Below are positions 8,698 to 18,044 of a stretch of DNA of 64,000 nucleotides, one piece after another. Source of the stretch: a virus (Duplodnaviria > Caudoviricetes); the IMG/VR virus record IMGVR_UViG_2547132108_000003, positions 854-64,853 of that record; one strand, 5' to 3'. How positions within the stretch are numbered: the stretch's first letter is position 1; each line of letters begins with the position of its first letter. A model generated the notes under the pieces. That model was not told the DNA's origin and did no database searches. It was given only the letters and a program-made list of their open reading frames with translations. Position numbers and translations under genes: made by a program.

Positions 8698-10866
8698 TTA
8701 TGCTGATTTTTGATTATATCCGCAGTACTCACTCGCAAACCGTGTAGCCTGTTGATTAGATGTGAATTCAATTTCCATTTTTCCGTTTTTCAATAACTTA
8801 ATTGACTTTACCTTTGTCAATGTTTGCGGCTCATAGCGCTCATAGTTATCTTGATTGTTTTCGTTCTGATATCCTACATACTTGCTATTTAACTCTTCAT
8901 TACCTTTAATCGACCCATTGTCATAGTGCTGTAAGGCAGTGAAAACTTCTTTACACCTGTCACCGTTAATAGTATATCGCTTCCATATGGAATCATGTCG
9001 CACAAACCATGCATTAATTATTAATTTATTATTTTTAATAGATGTCTTATCACTATTCATTACAATCTTTTTTACTTTTTCTTTTAGTTCTCGTTCGGCT
9101 TTTTCAGTAAAATTAAAACCATCAAGCTGGATCATAATTTCATCTAAAATATTGTGATATGTAATTGCTTCATCATACTTTTTTGCTATTTGCTCATTAT
9201 TAATTGTGATGCTATATTTCTTCTCAAAATATGAGCATATATAAGAAACGAAACTGTTTCTCAAGTCTTTAATTGTCTTTTCATAGTCGTAACTTTTCAT
9301 CGTATTGTATGTTGCAACTGTATTTTGTTCGTGAAAGAAACCTCCATTTTTCTTACCAAATTTTTGACCATGTATTCTTGATTTCTCCGATATTTCCAGC
9401 AATCTGTTATAGAAACTGTTATAGGCAGATATCATATCCTTATATATATCTTCTTGCTCCATACAGTATTCCAGATCATCAGTTGCTATCTTCTGTTCTG
9501 CTGTTATCTCTATATTATCAAACTTGCTTACAATGTCATCAAACATGCTTGTTTGTGTTTCCTCCTCTTGTCCTTCTACTTTTCCGAAGTTATGATATAT
9601 TACATTGTCTTGCTCAGCTGTTTCTGTGTTGCTTTCGTTTGTTGTCTCTTGAGCCCCATAAACAATCTCAGAGACGTTTGCTTCTGGTTCCTCTTGCGAT
9701 ATACTGTTGAATGCTTCTATGAACATTGTAGCGAATTTTAAACGTTCTGGAGTTTGTTTTGCCCACCATACAGAATTATAAGATGACCATCGAAAACCAT
9801 TTTCCTTTAATCCATCAATAATGCTTTGAGATGGTTTGTGATTGAATTTTATTTCGATTCCATTCTTTTCATTATTAATGTTTAAAGTTACTTCGTTGTT
9901 TGCTTGCTCATTATTGTATGTATTTGTTTCGCCTTTAGTTTGTTCTTCATTTTCGTATGTATATTCTTCATTTTCAATTTTTTCACTAGTTTCAATTGCT
10001 GGAGCGTCTACAATAGTTTGTTTACGTGCTGTCTTTTTGAATACTGTCTTTTCTTGATACTCTGTTACCTCTTGCAGTGTATAAACCTTGACTTTGCCTT
10101 CGTTCATTTCCTGCTGAAGTCTCATAAGAGGCTGGTAATACCTTTTCGAGTTGTTAACACGTTTATAACCGCGTTTTCCGCTACCTAATAACTCATAAGT
10201 AACGCGAACCTGCTCACCAAATGTATAAACGTCTAACACAATCCAATAGTGACCATGATATGAGAAAGAAAGGATATCATTAACGTTAATTGCTTTATTT
10301 GCTTTTTCAACTGGTTTAATAACTTTCTTTTCAACCGTGACAACTTCAGACTGTAATGCATCAGCATTCTTTAAAACTTTTTCAATTTTGTTAATGAAAG
10401 CTATTAATTTTTCCGCTTTTTGTTCTGCTGCTGACTTCTCTTTATTTTCCCAATCGTATTCATTTACAGAAAAAACGCCGTTGCCCTTTGCAATGATCTG
10501 CCCATCTTTTTCAATGTGCCAGCTTGCACCCTTTGGATTAGGAAACATAAAAACGGGATATACATCAATAACTGTGAACTCGGGCTCTATTTCTGATTTT
10601 TCCATTTCTTTTTGAATGAGAGCAGCACAGGAACGTTTTTCATTTTCATTATATCCTGCATTTTGCCATTCATTGAATATATAGAAAACTTCATTAAGCG
10701 AATTACATTCACGCTTATAAACATTGGAATAGTCGTTTTTTACATATTCATCATTTCGAGTTGTTTCGATAGTATATACCAATTCCATCTCCATACCATC
10801 GTCCCAATACCGGACACCGTCTTTTGTTCTATGGCTGATTTCAGATTCCCATAAGATATTTTTCAT
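8698..10866 (-). CDS. large multidomain (polyvalent-type) hypothetical protein
   Basis: 722 aa; NGIEIKF..KP....LKENGFRWS....WWAK resembles the domain seen in DUF3560/polyvalent proteins; acidic linkers. Confidence 0.7.
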   Translation of the reverse strand: MKNILWESEISHRTKDGVRYWDDGMEMELVYTIETTRNDEYVKNDYSNVYKRECNSLNEVFYIFNEWQNAGYNENEKRSCAALIQKEMEKSEIEPEFTVIDVYPVFMFPNPKGASWHIEKDGQIIAKGNGVFSVNEYDWENKEKSAAEQKAEKLIAFINKIEKVLKNADALQSEVVTVEKKVIKPVEKANKAINVNDILSFSYHGHYWIVLDVYTFGEQVRVTYELLGSGKRGYKRVNNSKRYYQPLMRLQQEMNEGKVKVYTLQEVTEYQEKTVFKKTARKQTIVDAPAIETSEKIENEEYTYENEEQTKGETNTYNNEQANNEVTLNINNEKNGIEIKFNHKPSQSIIDGLKENGFRWSSYNSVWWAKQTPERLKFATMFIEAFNSISQEEPEANVSEIVYGAQETTNESNTETAEQDNVIYHNFGKVEGQEEETQTSMFDDIVSKFDNIEITAEQKIATDDLEYCMEQEDIYKDMISAYNSFYNRLLEISEKSRIHGQKFGKKNGGFFHEQNTVATYNTMKSYDYEKTIKDLRNSFVSYICSYFEKKYSITINNEQIAKKYDEAITYHNILDEIMIQLDGFNFTEKAERELKEKVKKIVMNSDKTSIKNNKLIINAWFVRHDSIWKRYTINGDRCKEVFTALQHYDNGSIKGNEELNSKYVGYQNENNQDNYERYEPQTLTKVKSIKLLKNGKMEIEFTSNQQATRFASEYCGYNQKSA

Positions 10867-11162
10867 TTTTTATTCCTCCAATTGTCTGATGAAAGTTTTC
10901 TTTTATTGGTTTCTGTGCATTGAGCAGTTTTTTTATCCTCCTTTTGAACATCTATAATATGCCTATTGGGTACTGCTGTCCTTGTGCCATATGCGTCCAT
11001 CATAGCCTCAACAACTAAGTTGCCTCTATTCGTGATTTTAATAACTGTAGCCCATGTATAGGCTAAGTGTTTGGGGATGTTACTATCACCATACCAAACT
11101 AATTGAACTTGATCCCCTACTTTAACTTCAAACTCTTTGCCATTGACATTTTTAATTTTCAT
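10863..11162 (-). CDS. hypothetical protein
   Basis: 99 aa ORF coupled to neighbours. Confidence 0.7.
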   Translation of the reverse strand: MKIKNVNGKEFEVKVGDQVQLVWYGDSNIPKHLAYTWATVIKITNRGNLVVEAMMDAYGTRTAVPNRHIIDVQKEDKKTAQCTETNKRKLSSDNWRNKK

Positions 11163-11463
11163 TCTCTTTGTTCCTTTCCGCTATAATTCTTCTGCGTTCT
11201 TCAATTTCGGCTTTTAATCTGAAGTATTCCTCAGCCATTGATTTTGTCATAAAATCATATTGATTTAACCATCTTTCGTATAATTCTGTTTTTCCCGTTT
11301 TAGGATTTACAACCTCAACGTCATAAGAATATGCACCATGCTTGACGTCAATTTTGTAATGTCCAACAATTTTTACGGGCGTTTGGTTCGGTAGAATGAA
11401 CCCCCGAAACCTTTTGCCCTTTGTTAGAAAAGCAGTATCACCTTTGTTAAATTCCCTTTTCAT
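11152..11463 (-). CDS. hypothetical protein
   Basis: 103 aa ORF, GGAGG RBS. Confidence 0.7.
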   Translation of the reverse strand: MKREFNKGDTAFLTKGKRFRGFILPNQTPVKIVGHYKIDVKHGAYSYDVEVVNPKTGKTELYERWLNQYDFMTKSMAEEYFRLKAEIEERRRIIAERNKENEN

Positions 11464-11508
11464 TTTTCATTCCTCCAATATCCTCATGAAATTTTACTTT
11501 CATTACCT

Positions 11509-11739
11509 TTATTGCAACAGCCCATTACCTTCAAAATCAATGAACAAGTAAATATAAGAACTGTATTCTTTTAGATATTCTGATTTTAAAAACTCAATTC
11601 GCTTCGCTTGTGGCTCATTGCTTTTCCATGCCATGATATTATTTTGACAATAGTGCTTACTGACTTCATCGGCTGTTCCGTTTATTTTTGTTACTACTTC
11701 ATCACCATTTGTATAGTTTACTTTTATTGTGTGTGTCAT
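11509..11739 (-). CDS. hypothetical protein
   Basis: 76 aa ORF, AAGGAG RBS. Confidence 0.65.
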   Translation of the reverse strand: MTHTIKVNYTNGDEVVTKINGTADEVSKHYCQNNIMAWKSNEPQAKRIEFLKSEYLKEYSSYIYLFIDFEGNGLLQ

Positions 11740-11787
11740 ATGTATTTCACTCCTTATGATACTAACATTTTATTGTGACTCTTGTTG

Positions 11788-11958
11788 TTAGATTGTATAA
11801 AGCATCTTTTCAATTGCTTTCGTATTACCAGTTGAAAATTCTTCAGGTGTCCCTATAGTCCAACCAATATGCGGATACTTGATAAGGTAATAATTTTCCG
11901 TGTGTCGCTTTCCCTTATGTATTTCTCTGCATTTTTTCTTTACTTGTGCTAATGTCAT
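11788..11958 (-). CDS. small basic hypothetical protein (56 aa, MTLAQVKKKC...)
   Basis: Hand-translated; GGAGG RBS. Confidence 0.6.
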   Translation of the reverse strand: MTLAQVKKKCREIHKGKRHTENYYLIKYPHIGWTIGTPEEFSTGNTKAIEKMLYTI

Positions 11959-12042
11959 TTTTCTATTCCTCCATTTATTGTTTTTAAATTCTTATGAATT
12001 CAAACTTTCATTTGGTTATGTATTGATCTATATTTCTTTCAA

Positions 12043-12339
12043 TTAGTTTTTCATCATCCATGCTAGAGCCTTTGATGGATACCCCTTTGTAAAAATAACT
12101 TTCCATTCATCTCCTTCTTTTACACTGAGTGTTCCAACTCCATACCGCGACTGAATAGATAAACCAGTACAAGCTTCAAACATAACTTGTTTCCCCTGTT
12201 TCGTGAATCCAGTTTGAATTGTAGAACTACCTTCAAGTTTCACCTCTTTGAACTTTGCACATTTTTCTTTCTCTTTCCTCTCTTGAGCAGCAGCTTTTAT
12301 TCTGTCGGCTAATTCGTTAAAACGATCCATTTGGATCAC
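12043..12339 (-). CDS. hypothetical protein
   Basis: 98 aa ORF, GGAGGTG RBS upstream of ATG at 12330. Confidence 0.7.
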   Translation of the reverse strand: MIQMDRFNELADRIKAAAQERKEKEKCAKFKEVKLEGSSTIQTGFTKQGKQVMFEACTGLSIQSRYGVGTLSVKEGDEWKVIFTKGYPSKALAWMMKN

Positions 12340-12465
12340 CTCCGTTTAACTTGTTACCTTCTGTCATTATTATATCAACCTTTCTTATGTATTTGTCTTG
12401 CCTCCTCCACTCTAAGAGTGGAACGCTTCGAGCTTATCGGCCTTTTTTTACTGGCTCGAACCAGT

Positions 12466-12627
12466 TTATTTAATATATTCAATTTCATTTTTATTAACGA
12501 ACCAAGTTTCATACGGATCATTTGACAAAGGATAAACATGAACTTTTAGACTATAAGCCCCATTATATTCTTTTAAAACAACTCCCTGATGTTCATAGTT
12601 GCACTTTTTAAATTTAATAATTTGCAT
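12466..12627 (-). CDS. small hypothetical protein (53 aa, MQIIKFKKC...)
   Basis: Hand-translated; GGAGG RBS; first gene after a TTGACT-17-TATATT promoter. Confidence 0.6.
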   Translation of the reverse strand: MQIIKFKKCNYEHQGVVLKEYNGAYSLKVHVYPLSNDPYETWFVNKNEIEYIK

Positions 12628-12670
12628 TTGATATCATCCTCCGAATATGTATGATTTACTTTCTATATAT

Positions 12671-12765
12671 AATATACCATGACTCCTATTACGAGTCAAT
12701 ACATATTTCAAGATAAATTGTCTTATATAATATATTTGACTCTTTTAGAGTGTCTTTGATATCAT
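12671..12765. promoter_or_regulatory. divergent sigmaA promoter pair with inverted-repeat operator
   Basis: Minus: TTGACT-17-TATATT (12671-12699) containing TGACTC-N7-GAGTCA; plus: TTGACT-18-TATCAT with TG extension (12736-12765). Confidence 0.65.
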
Positions 12766-12787
12766 ATTAGTAAAGGTGGTGAAATAA

Positions 12788-13000
12788 TTGTCCTTAAAAT
12801 CTAATCTAAAACAAATACTTGATGAGAAAAACATTTCTATACGACAACTATCCAAAGATACAAATTACAGGTTTGAATCAGTAAGATTACTTTACAATGA
12901 TGAAATGGAACGGTTCCCACGTGATCTAATTGATGTTGTTTGTACATACTTGCAAATATCTGTAAGTGATTTATTAGTTTTAGAAGGAAATGAAAAGTAA
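12788..13000 (+). CDS. XRE/Cro-C1 family HTH transcriptional regulator
   Basis: LKQILDEKNISIRQLSKDT....VRLLYN....FP...IDVVCTYLQISVSDLL. Confidence 0.9.
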   Translation: MSLKSNLKQILDEKNISIRQLSKDTNYRFESVRLLYNDEMERFPRDLIDVVCTYLQISVSDLLVLEGNEK

Positions 13001-13014
13001 CAACACATACATAA

Positions 13015-13052
13015 AAGCCCACTCGATCCAAAACAGGATCAGGTGGGCTTAT
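13015..13052 (+). terminator. intrinsic terminator after the XRE gene
   Basis: AAGCCCAC...GTGGGCTT stem followed by ATTCT. Confidence 0.55.
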
Positions 13053-13128
13053 TCTAATGAAAGCATGATTTTATAGGAAAATAAAAAAAGAAGAGGTTTT
13101 CCCTCTCCTAACCTTGTCTATATTAAAA

Positions 13129-13512
13129 CTAATCCAGTTTAGCAATTACGTAACCATATTCAAACACAGATGTATCATTCGGAACAGACCCATGTCTAAA
13201 TTGTACAACTGTTTCATACTGACTGGTTTGAGAATTATATTCCCATATCTCCAATACCCGATTACTTGTGTGATTACTGCCAACATTACAATCACCTGCT
13301 ATGTTTTGAAATGCAGCTATTGCCCCAAGTGAGCAGCGCGTAAGCCCAGTAATGTAAAGTTGGATTACTTCATCTTTTTCAGTTTGACCAAGAAAAGAGA
13401 GCATGGCTTTATAAGCAATTTGATGCGCTTGATCAAACTCTACTGTTTCATCTTCAATCAGGTAAGATTCAACTGGTAATGGATGACGACCTTTAATAAG
13501 TCCAATTTTCAT
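13129..13512 (-). CDS. hypothetical protein
   Basis: Likely start MKIGLIKGRH at 13512 (GGAGAAG RBS). Confidence 0.7.
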   Translation of the reverse strand: MKIGLIKGRHPLPVESYLIEDETVEFDQAHQIAYKAMLSFLGQTEKDEVIQLYITGLTRCSLGAIAAFQNIAGDCNVGSNHTSNRVLEIWEYNSQTSQYETVVQFRHGSVPNDTSVFEYGYVIAKLD

Positions 13513-13597
13513 ATTATTACTTCTCCTTTTATGGGTCATTTATCCTATATGGATATTATATGTAATTTCCTTTATAAAGTCGATGAGTGTATGGTTA

Positions 13598-13825
13598 TTA
13601 TTCTTCCTTTAGTCGTGAGAGGATAACTTTTCCTTGAGTAAGAAACTCATCTGAAAAGACGAACTCACCATCCAAGTCAAAGAATAGATTTTTACCATCT
13701 TCAGTCTCTACAAATGTTGCTACTTTTGAGAAACTGCCATAGTTTATTAAGTAGCTTGATCCACGTTCAAATGTCATAGTGATGTCTCCTAATAGGATAA
13801 AATCAATGTTTATTGGGCTTGCCAT
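13598..13825 (-). CDS. hypothetical protein
   Basis: 75 aa ORF in co-oriented run. Confidence 0.55.
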   Translation of the reverse strand: MASPINIDFILLGDITMTFERGSSYLINYGSFSKVATFVETEDGKNLFFDLDGEFVFSDEFLTQGKVILSRLKEE

Positions 13826-14157
13826 TCTGCATTTCCTTTTAGCATTTTGTCGGCTACGCTCTTAATTTTTTCAATTACATACTTAGGAACAATATTATCA
13901 TTTTCAGTATATCTTTTGCCAAGTCCATCATAATTACTCTCTAAAACCCTTGCATATGTAAAGTACCAATTATCTTCAAGTATGAAATGAAAACTATCTC
14001 CACTCATATTTTCTAAAGAACCTTGAAGTAAGACATATCCTATTGGTATTGTATCCCATATTCCAATAATCCAGTATTTACCTTCAAAATGGTATGCTTC
14101 AGTTCCACCGAAGTCTTTTGCTACACCAGTATAATTAAAATCTTTTTCTTTTCTCAT
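13810..14157 (-). CDS. hypothetical protein
   Basis: 115 aa ORF, GAGG RBS. Confidence 0.65.
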   Translation of the reverse strand: MRKEKDFNYTGVAKDFGGTEAYHFEGKYWIIGIWDTIPIGYVLLQGSLENMSGDSFHFILEDNWYFTYARVLESNYDGLGKRYTENDNIVPKYVIEKIKSVADKMLKGNAEWQAQ

Positions 14158-14203
14158 ATTTCAACCTCATTACACTTATATATAATTCGTGAAAAAGGAA
14201 GCC

Positions 14204-14503
14204 TTACAGCTTCCCATATTCTTCTGGTTGTTCTTTTGCTTCATCCATTTTTCTTTCGGATTCTTCCTTTTTCACTTTCATTTCCTTCAATTCATTTTCG
14301 AGGTTATGTATAATTTCTTTTGTTTCTTCGATATACTCTGCATAGCTAGGCAAAGTCAATCTTTTATATTCTTTCTTTAATTCAGATTCAATACCATCAA
14401 TTCTAATTTTAGCCGTTTCCCATTCTCTGAATGCTTGATACTCTGCCATGTTCTTAAACTCCATATCTGCATCCCATCTGCTTAATGTTTTGTAGATTAT
14501 CAT
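14204..14503 (-). CDS. coiled-coil hypothetical protein
   Basis: 99 aa, E/K-rich; behind a promoter at 14547-14593. Confidence 0.7.
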   Translation of the reverse strand: MIIYKTLSRWDADMEFKNMAEYQAFREWETAKIRIDGIESELKKEYKRLTLPSYAEYIEETKEIIHNLENELKEMKVKKEESERKMDEAKEQPEEYGKL

Positions 14504-14546
14504 TTTTATCTCTCCGTTTCATTTTTTATTATTTGCTTATGAATTA

Positions 14547-14593
14547 ATAATAGCACACAAATTTAGATTTGTAAAGTGTATAATATATATTTT
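14547..14593 (-). promoter_or_regulatory. repeated early promoter element, copy 1
   Basis: AAAATATA-N10-TTTACA-17-TATTAT. Confidence 0.6.
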
Positions 14594-14620
14594 GTTTTTA
14601 ATCATGATGAAATACTGTTT

Positions 14621-14944
14621 TCATTCACTAATTTGACTGGATACAATCTCAATGTCACTATCAAGATCCACGTCACCAACATAAACTATTTTGATTGTTT
14701 TCCCCTTGTAGCGCTTATTCAGATCTTCCAATGATACTCCCTCTTCGTTGTCTAGCTCGATGCTCCAGAAGCCTTCAGCGTCATCTAAGACAGTGTTCGC
14801 CATATATACACCGCTTGCAGAGTCATAATAAACATAATCAATTGTTTCCATTACCTTGGTTCCTTCCTCATTTGCAAATGCTTGTCCAGCGAATACAAAG
14901 AACATCATAATAACAAGAATCAGCTTATTCATAAATAATTTCAT
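14621..14944 (-). CDS. secreted acidic small protein
   Basis: Signal peptide ending AFA-N; D/E-rich mature domain. Confidence 0.75.
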   Translation of the reverse strand: MKLFMNKLILVIMMFFVFAGQAFANEEGTKVMETIDYVYYDSASGVYMANTVLDDAEGFWSIELDNEEGVSLEDLNKRYKGKTIKIVYVGDVDLDSDIEIVSSQISE

Positions 14945-15286
14945 CTCCTATTTTATTGATTAAAAATCAAAAGTTTTAATTGAATCCAATTACCACTGGT
15001 CGTTTGAACATATAGTTTGCCATTTAAACGTTTGCCATGCTTGAACATAACCTCGTGTCCTTTCTTGTTGTTTAAAGTGAAATTATCACAATTAGTGTTT
15101 CACGACTTACTCGTGTATTGCAATTTGCTACATTGTGCCTGACTATGTAGGAAAGGAAGTTCTTGATTCTTATGTTCAATCTTAGATTGATTTGGAACTA
15201 CTGGTCTGACATTAGGAAGGAACAAGTCGAATTCAGTTTGCACTAATCCCGTCATTTACTATAACCACAAATTCATAATTTATTTA

Positions 15287-15379
15287 TTACCTAAGAACGA
15301 GTAAACCATATACGATTAAATTTTTCTGTTGTTGAAGTCTTGCCCATTTCGATTTAAGGATTGCAACATTTGCAGCCAT
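15287..15379 (-). CDS. 30-aa ORF (MAANVAILKSKW...), possibly a gene remnant
   Basis: GGAGG RBS directly behind a strong promoter; no longer ORF downstream. Confidence 0.35.
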   Translation of the reverse strand: MAANVAILKSKWARLQQQKNLIVYGLLVLR

Positions 15380-15426
15380 TTTATAAACCCTCCATTAAAT
15401 TGAGTAGTGATTAACTTTATACTCTT

Positions 15427-15473
15427 ATTATAATGGATAACTTTATATTTGTAAAGTTTATTATTCATATTTT
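15427..15473 (-). promoter_or_regulatory. repeated early promoter element, copy 2
   Basis: AAAATATG-N10-TTTACA-17-TATAAT. Confidence 0.7.
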
Positions 15474-15580
15474 ATTTATTAAATTCAAAAGAAAAAAGCC
15501 CTACTTTATTAGGCTTTATGTGTCATTAAGCGTATGTGAGTTAGTAAGCCCATGAATATAGGGCAAGGTTAAGCTTATGT

Positions 15581-15751
15581 CTACTTCAGAAGTTTATTCC
15601 ATGCGAAGATAGTAGGAGTAAGGATAATAAGGGTAATCAATGTTTTAGTAAGCATTGTACTATTAGTCAATGAGAATACAGAGAAGATTGTTATAAGTGA
15701 TACTACTGTAAGTAACAATGCAAATACAGTCTTTTCGTTAAGCTTGGTCAT
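15581..15751 (-). CDS. 56-aa two-TM membrane protein (MTKLNEKTVFALLLTVVSLITIFSVFSL...)
   Basis: Hand-translated; AAAGGAGG RBS; two hydrophobic stretches. Confidence 0.7.
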   Translation of the reverse strand: MTKLNEKTVFALLLTVVSLITIFSVFSLTNSTMLTKTLITLIILTPTIFAWNKLLK

Positions 15752-15850
15752 AAGATAAGCCTCCTTTGATGTTTATGTAAGTGGTAAAAGCACTAAATAA
15801 AGTACTGATTGATATTGTGTTATGTTGTGCTCTTATGATATCATATTGAA

Positions 15851-15926
15851 CAAGATAAAGGGAAGGGCTCAGCTTCCCCTTATCAGAAAGATGCCTTTAC
15901 TCGCTAGGGTTCTGGCGTCTTTTTTT
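15851..15926 (+). ncRNA. candidate antisense antitoxin RNA (SR6/RatA-like arrangement)
   Basis: TTGTGT-18-TATCAT with TG extension upstream; ends in AAAGATGCC/GGCGTCTTT stem + T-run; overlaps 3' end of ORF 15897..16106. Confidence 0.55.
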
Positions 15927-16106
15927 GCGTTCTTCCTCTTTTGCTTTCCTCTCCTCTCGTTCAATTTTCGCAATCTCAAGTTTCAACTTTTTGATTTCAA
16001 GTTGTCTCTTTTCGTCGTAACGGAAGATGATTACGACTGTCACGATTGCAGTCAGGATTGAAGGTACTACAACTTTCAGTACTTCAAGCCAGATCAAGTT
16101 AACCAT
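15897..16106 (-). CDS. putative type I toxin (YonT-like: N-terminal TM helix, highly charged tail)
   Basis: LIWLEVLKVVVPSILTAIVTVVIIF then K/R/E-rich tail; own promoter; convergent sRNA. Confidence 0.65.
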   Translation of the reverse strand: MVNLIWLEVLKVVVPSILTAIVTVVIIFRYDEKRQLEIKKLKLEIAKIEREERKAKEEERKKRRQNPSE

Positions 16107-16129
16107 TCCCTTCTATGTATGATTGCCTT

Positions 16130-16176
16130 ACAAGTACTATTATACAGGAAAATAATAGTTTTGTATAGATATTTAT
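16130..16176 (-). promoter_or_regulatory. repeated early promoter element, copy 3
   Basis: AAAATATG-N10-TATACA-17-TATAAT with TG extension. Confidence 0.65.
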
Positions 16177-16183
16177 GCATATT

Positions 16184-17197
16184 TTATGTTTGATTAAAGT
16201 AAGTTTCATATACTTTTTTGACATTATTATAAACTTTATCAATTGATGTACTATGACCAAATGGAAAGAGGGTTTCACCCTTGTAAATATAATATGTATA
16301 ATTATCTACAGTCTTTTTTAGCACACCTTTTTGATACATATTTATCATTAAATTATCTATCTCTAGAGCAATTGCAACATGGTTTTCATTGCGTATCTTT
16401 TCACGAACTAAAGATGCCTCTTTATGTCTGATAATTGATTTTAGATTGTTAATTCTTTCATTAGTATTTAAACTAGGTGGAAGTGATAACAAATGATTTA
16501 AATAAGTTTTAGCGTCGTCATATGACATTGAATATTTGCTAGTTGAATACTGTTTGGTTAAATGCAACAATTGATCCATAGTAATATTTGAATTACTCGA
16601 TAATATCATATATTCAGGAATCATGTTTTTGATTGCATAATTAAAGGCATGACTATAGGTATCAAATGTTTGGGTATATAAATAGAATACTTCTGTTTCT
16701 TTTATATCTTTAGAATGTTCTACAGCCTCTATATATTCAGGATCAAAGTCAGATTCGATACAGTATGTATAAGCTTGATCATAATTAGCAAATAAACGAT
16801 TGTATGCTATATACCCTTTATCTTTCTTTTCTTCGATATTTTTTATGGACTCTTCTGCATCCTCTTTATTTAGTTTAAAGTCTAGAGTATATCCACGAGC
16901 ACACACACCAATAATGTTATTCTCTTTTAAAATAGAAAAGTATATCCAGTATTCTGGAGAGTCATAGTTTTCATTAATAAATGTTTCAAGAATATCACGT
17001 TTAATAATATCGTTCTCATCACGACGAGATCCATTAAAACGACTATAAATGTCAGAGTACAAGGAAACAATATTATCTTTAATTGAATTAATTAATTCAT
17101 CTAATGATACAATTTTATTTTTTACATCATTCTTAGCTTGCTTGAAAGCTTCGACAGAAGGGAATACTCTTTGAGTTAATGCAAATTGTAGTTCCAT
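16184..17197 (-). CDS. hypothetical protein
   Basis: 337 aa ORF, AAGGAGG RBS; weak internal repeat (LFANYDQAYTY / TFDTYSHAFNY). Confidence 0.8.
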   Translation of the reverse strand: MELQFALTQRVFPSVEAFKQAKNDVKNKIVSLDELINSIKDNIVSLYSDIYSRFNGSRRDENDIIKRDILETFINENYDSPEYWIYFSILKENNIIGVCARGYTLDFKLNKEDAEESIKNIEEKKDKGYIAYNRLFANYDQAYTYCIESDFDPEYIEAVEHSKDIKETEVFYLYTQTFDTYSHAFNYAIKNMIPEYMILSSNSNITMDQLLHLTKQYSTSKYSMSYDDAKTYLNHLLSLPPSLNTNERINNLKSIIRHKEASLVREKIRNENHVAIALEIDNLMINMYQKGVLKKTVDNYTYYIYKGETLFPFGHSTSIDKVYNNVKKVYETYFNQT

Positions 17198-17240
17198 GAT
17201 AGTCCTCCTTAAATTTTCGAGTTAATATTCTATATAAGTT

Positions 17241-17287
17241 ATTATAACACCATACTTCATTTTTGTAAATTGTATTTTGCATATTTT
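17241..17287 (-). promoter_or_regulatory. repeated early promoter element, copy 4
   Basis: AAAATATG-N10-TTTACA-17-TATAAT. Confidence 0.7.
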
Positions 17288-17785
17288 ATTTATAATTAGC
17301 AAGATTTTGATTGTGACATTTAGTTATACATATGAGTATGAAATATAAAATATAATTAGGATATGTTAATGTATACTATGAGTGGACAATGTATACTAGT
17401 AGAAGACATTGGAGACAACGCTCCTGTTACTATATGCGATTGAATCGTCCTTTTTAATAAAAGTGACTGCTCTAGGCTGCTTTCTAAGGCTCATTCTCCT
17501 GCTTCCCCTCTCATTCCATGCTGAACAACTTTAGAATGCTCACAGACGATTATAGAAGACTCAATAGTTAGTCATGACACACACAATCCATTACTAATAA
17601 AAATTAGTCATGGCAAAAAGCCTTATAAAATAAGGGTTTATTAGGGATGGGGGGGTATATTTACATTATTAACTTACTTAATTATAGTGAAATTCCCCCT
17701 AGCAGTTCTACTCACACACTCAAGTTATAATTCCAACCGATTTACTATGATTAACTCCTATTTTTCCCCTTAGACTCAAAATTGA

Positions 17786-17816
17786 CTATCGTAACTGCTA
17801 TCGTAACGCACGATAG
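17786..17816. repeat. tandem CTATCGTAAC x2 plus inverted CGATAG in an ~800-bp non-coding region
   Basis: 17786-17795 and 17798-17807, inverted half at 17811-17816; next to primase gene. Confidence 0.5.
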
Positions 17817-18044
17817 AAACCCTTATTTTTATTGACTTTTTCATCGCACTATTTTTATCCAAATCCTCCATTCACCTCATTTCACATCAATTTATCATCA
17901 ATTTCCCCTTATAAAATCTGCACTTTATCGATAGAGCTACCATCAAAATTTATATTAAACTCAAAATCTCCTTTTATTCACTGTCTTTTTCGCATGTTTA
18001 ACGCTCTCTCACGATAACAAAAAAAGATGGCATATCGCCACCTC

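Noticed and set aside
12450-12465. tRNA-like GGTTCGAGCC hairpin
   Set aside because: Only a T-arm-like hairpin; no acceptor, D or anticodon arms
15581-15751. Arbitrium AimP-type peptide
   Set aside because: Two-TM composition, no AimR (TPR) gene adjacent and no typical C-terminal hexapeptide
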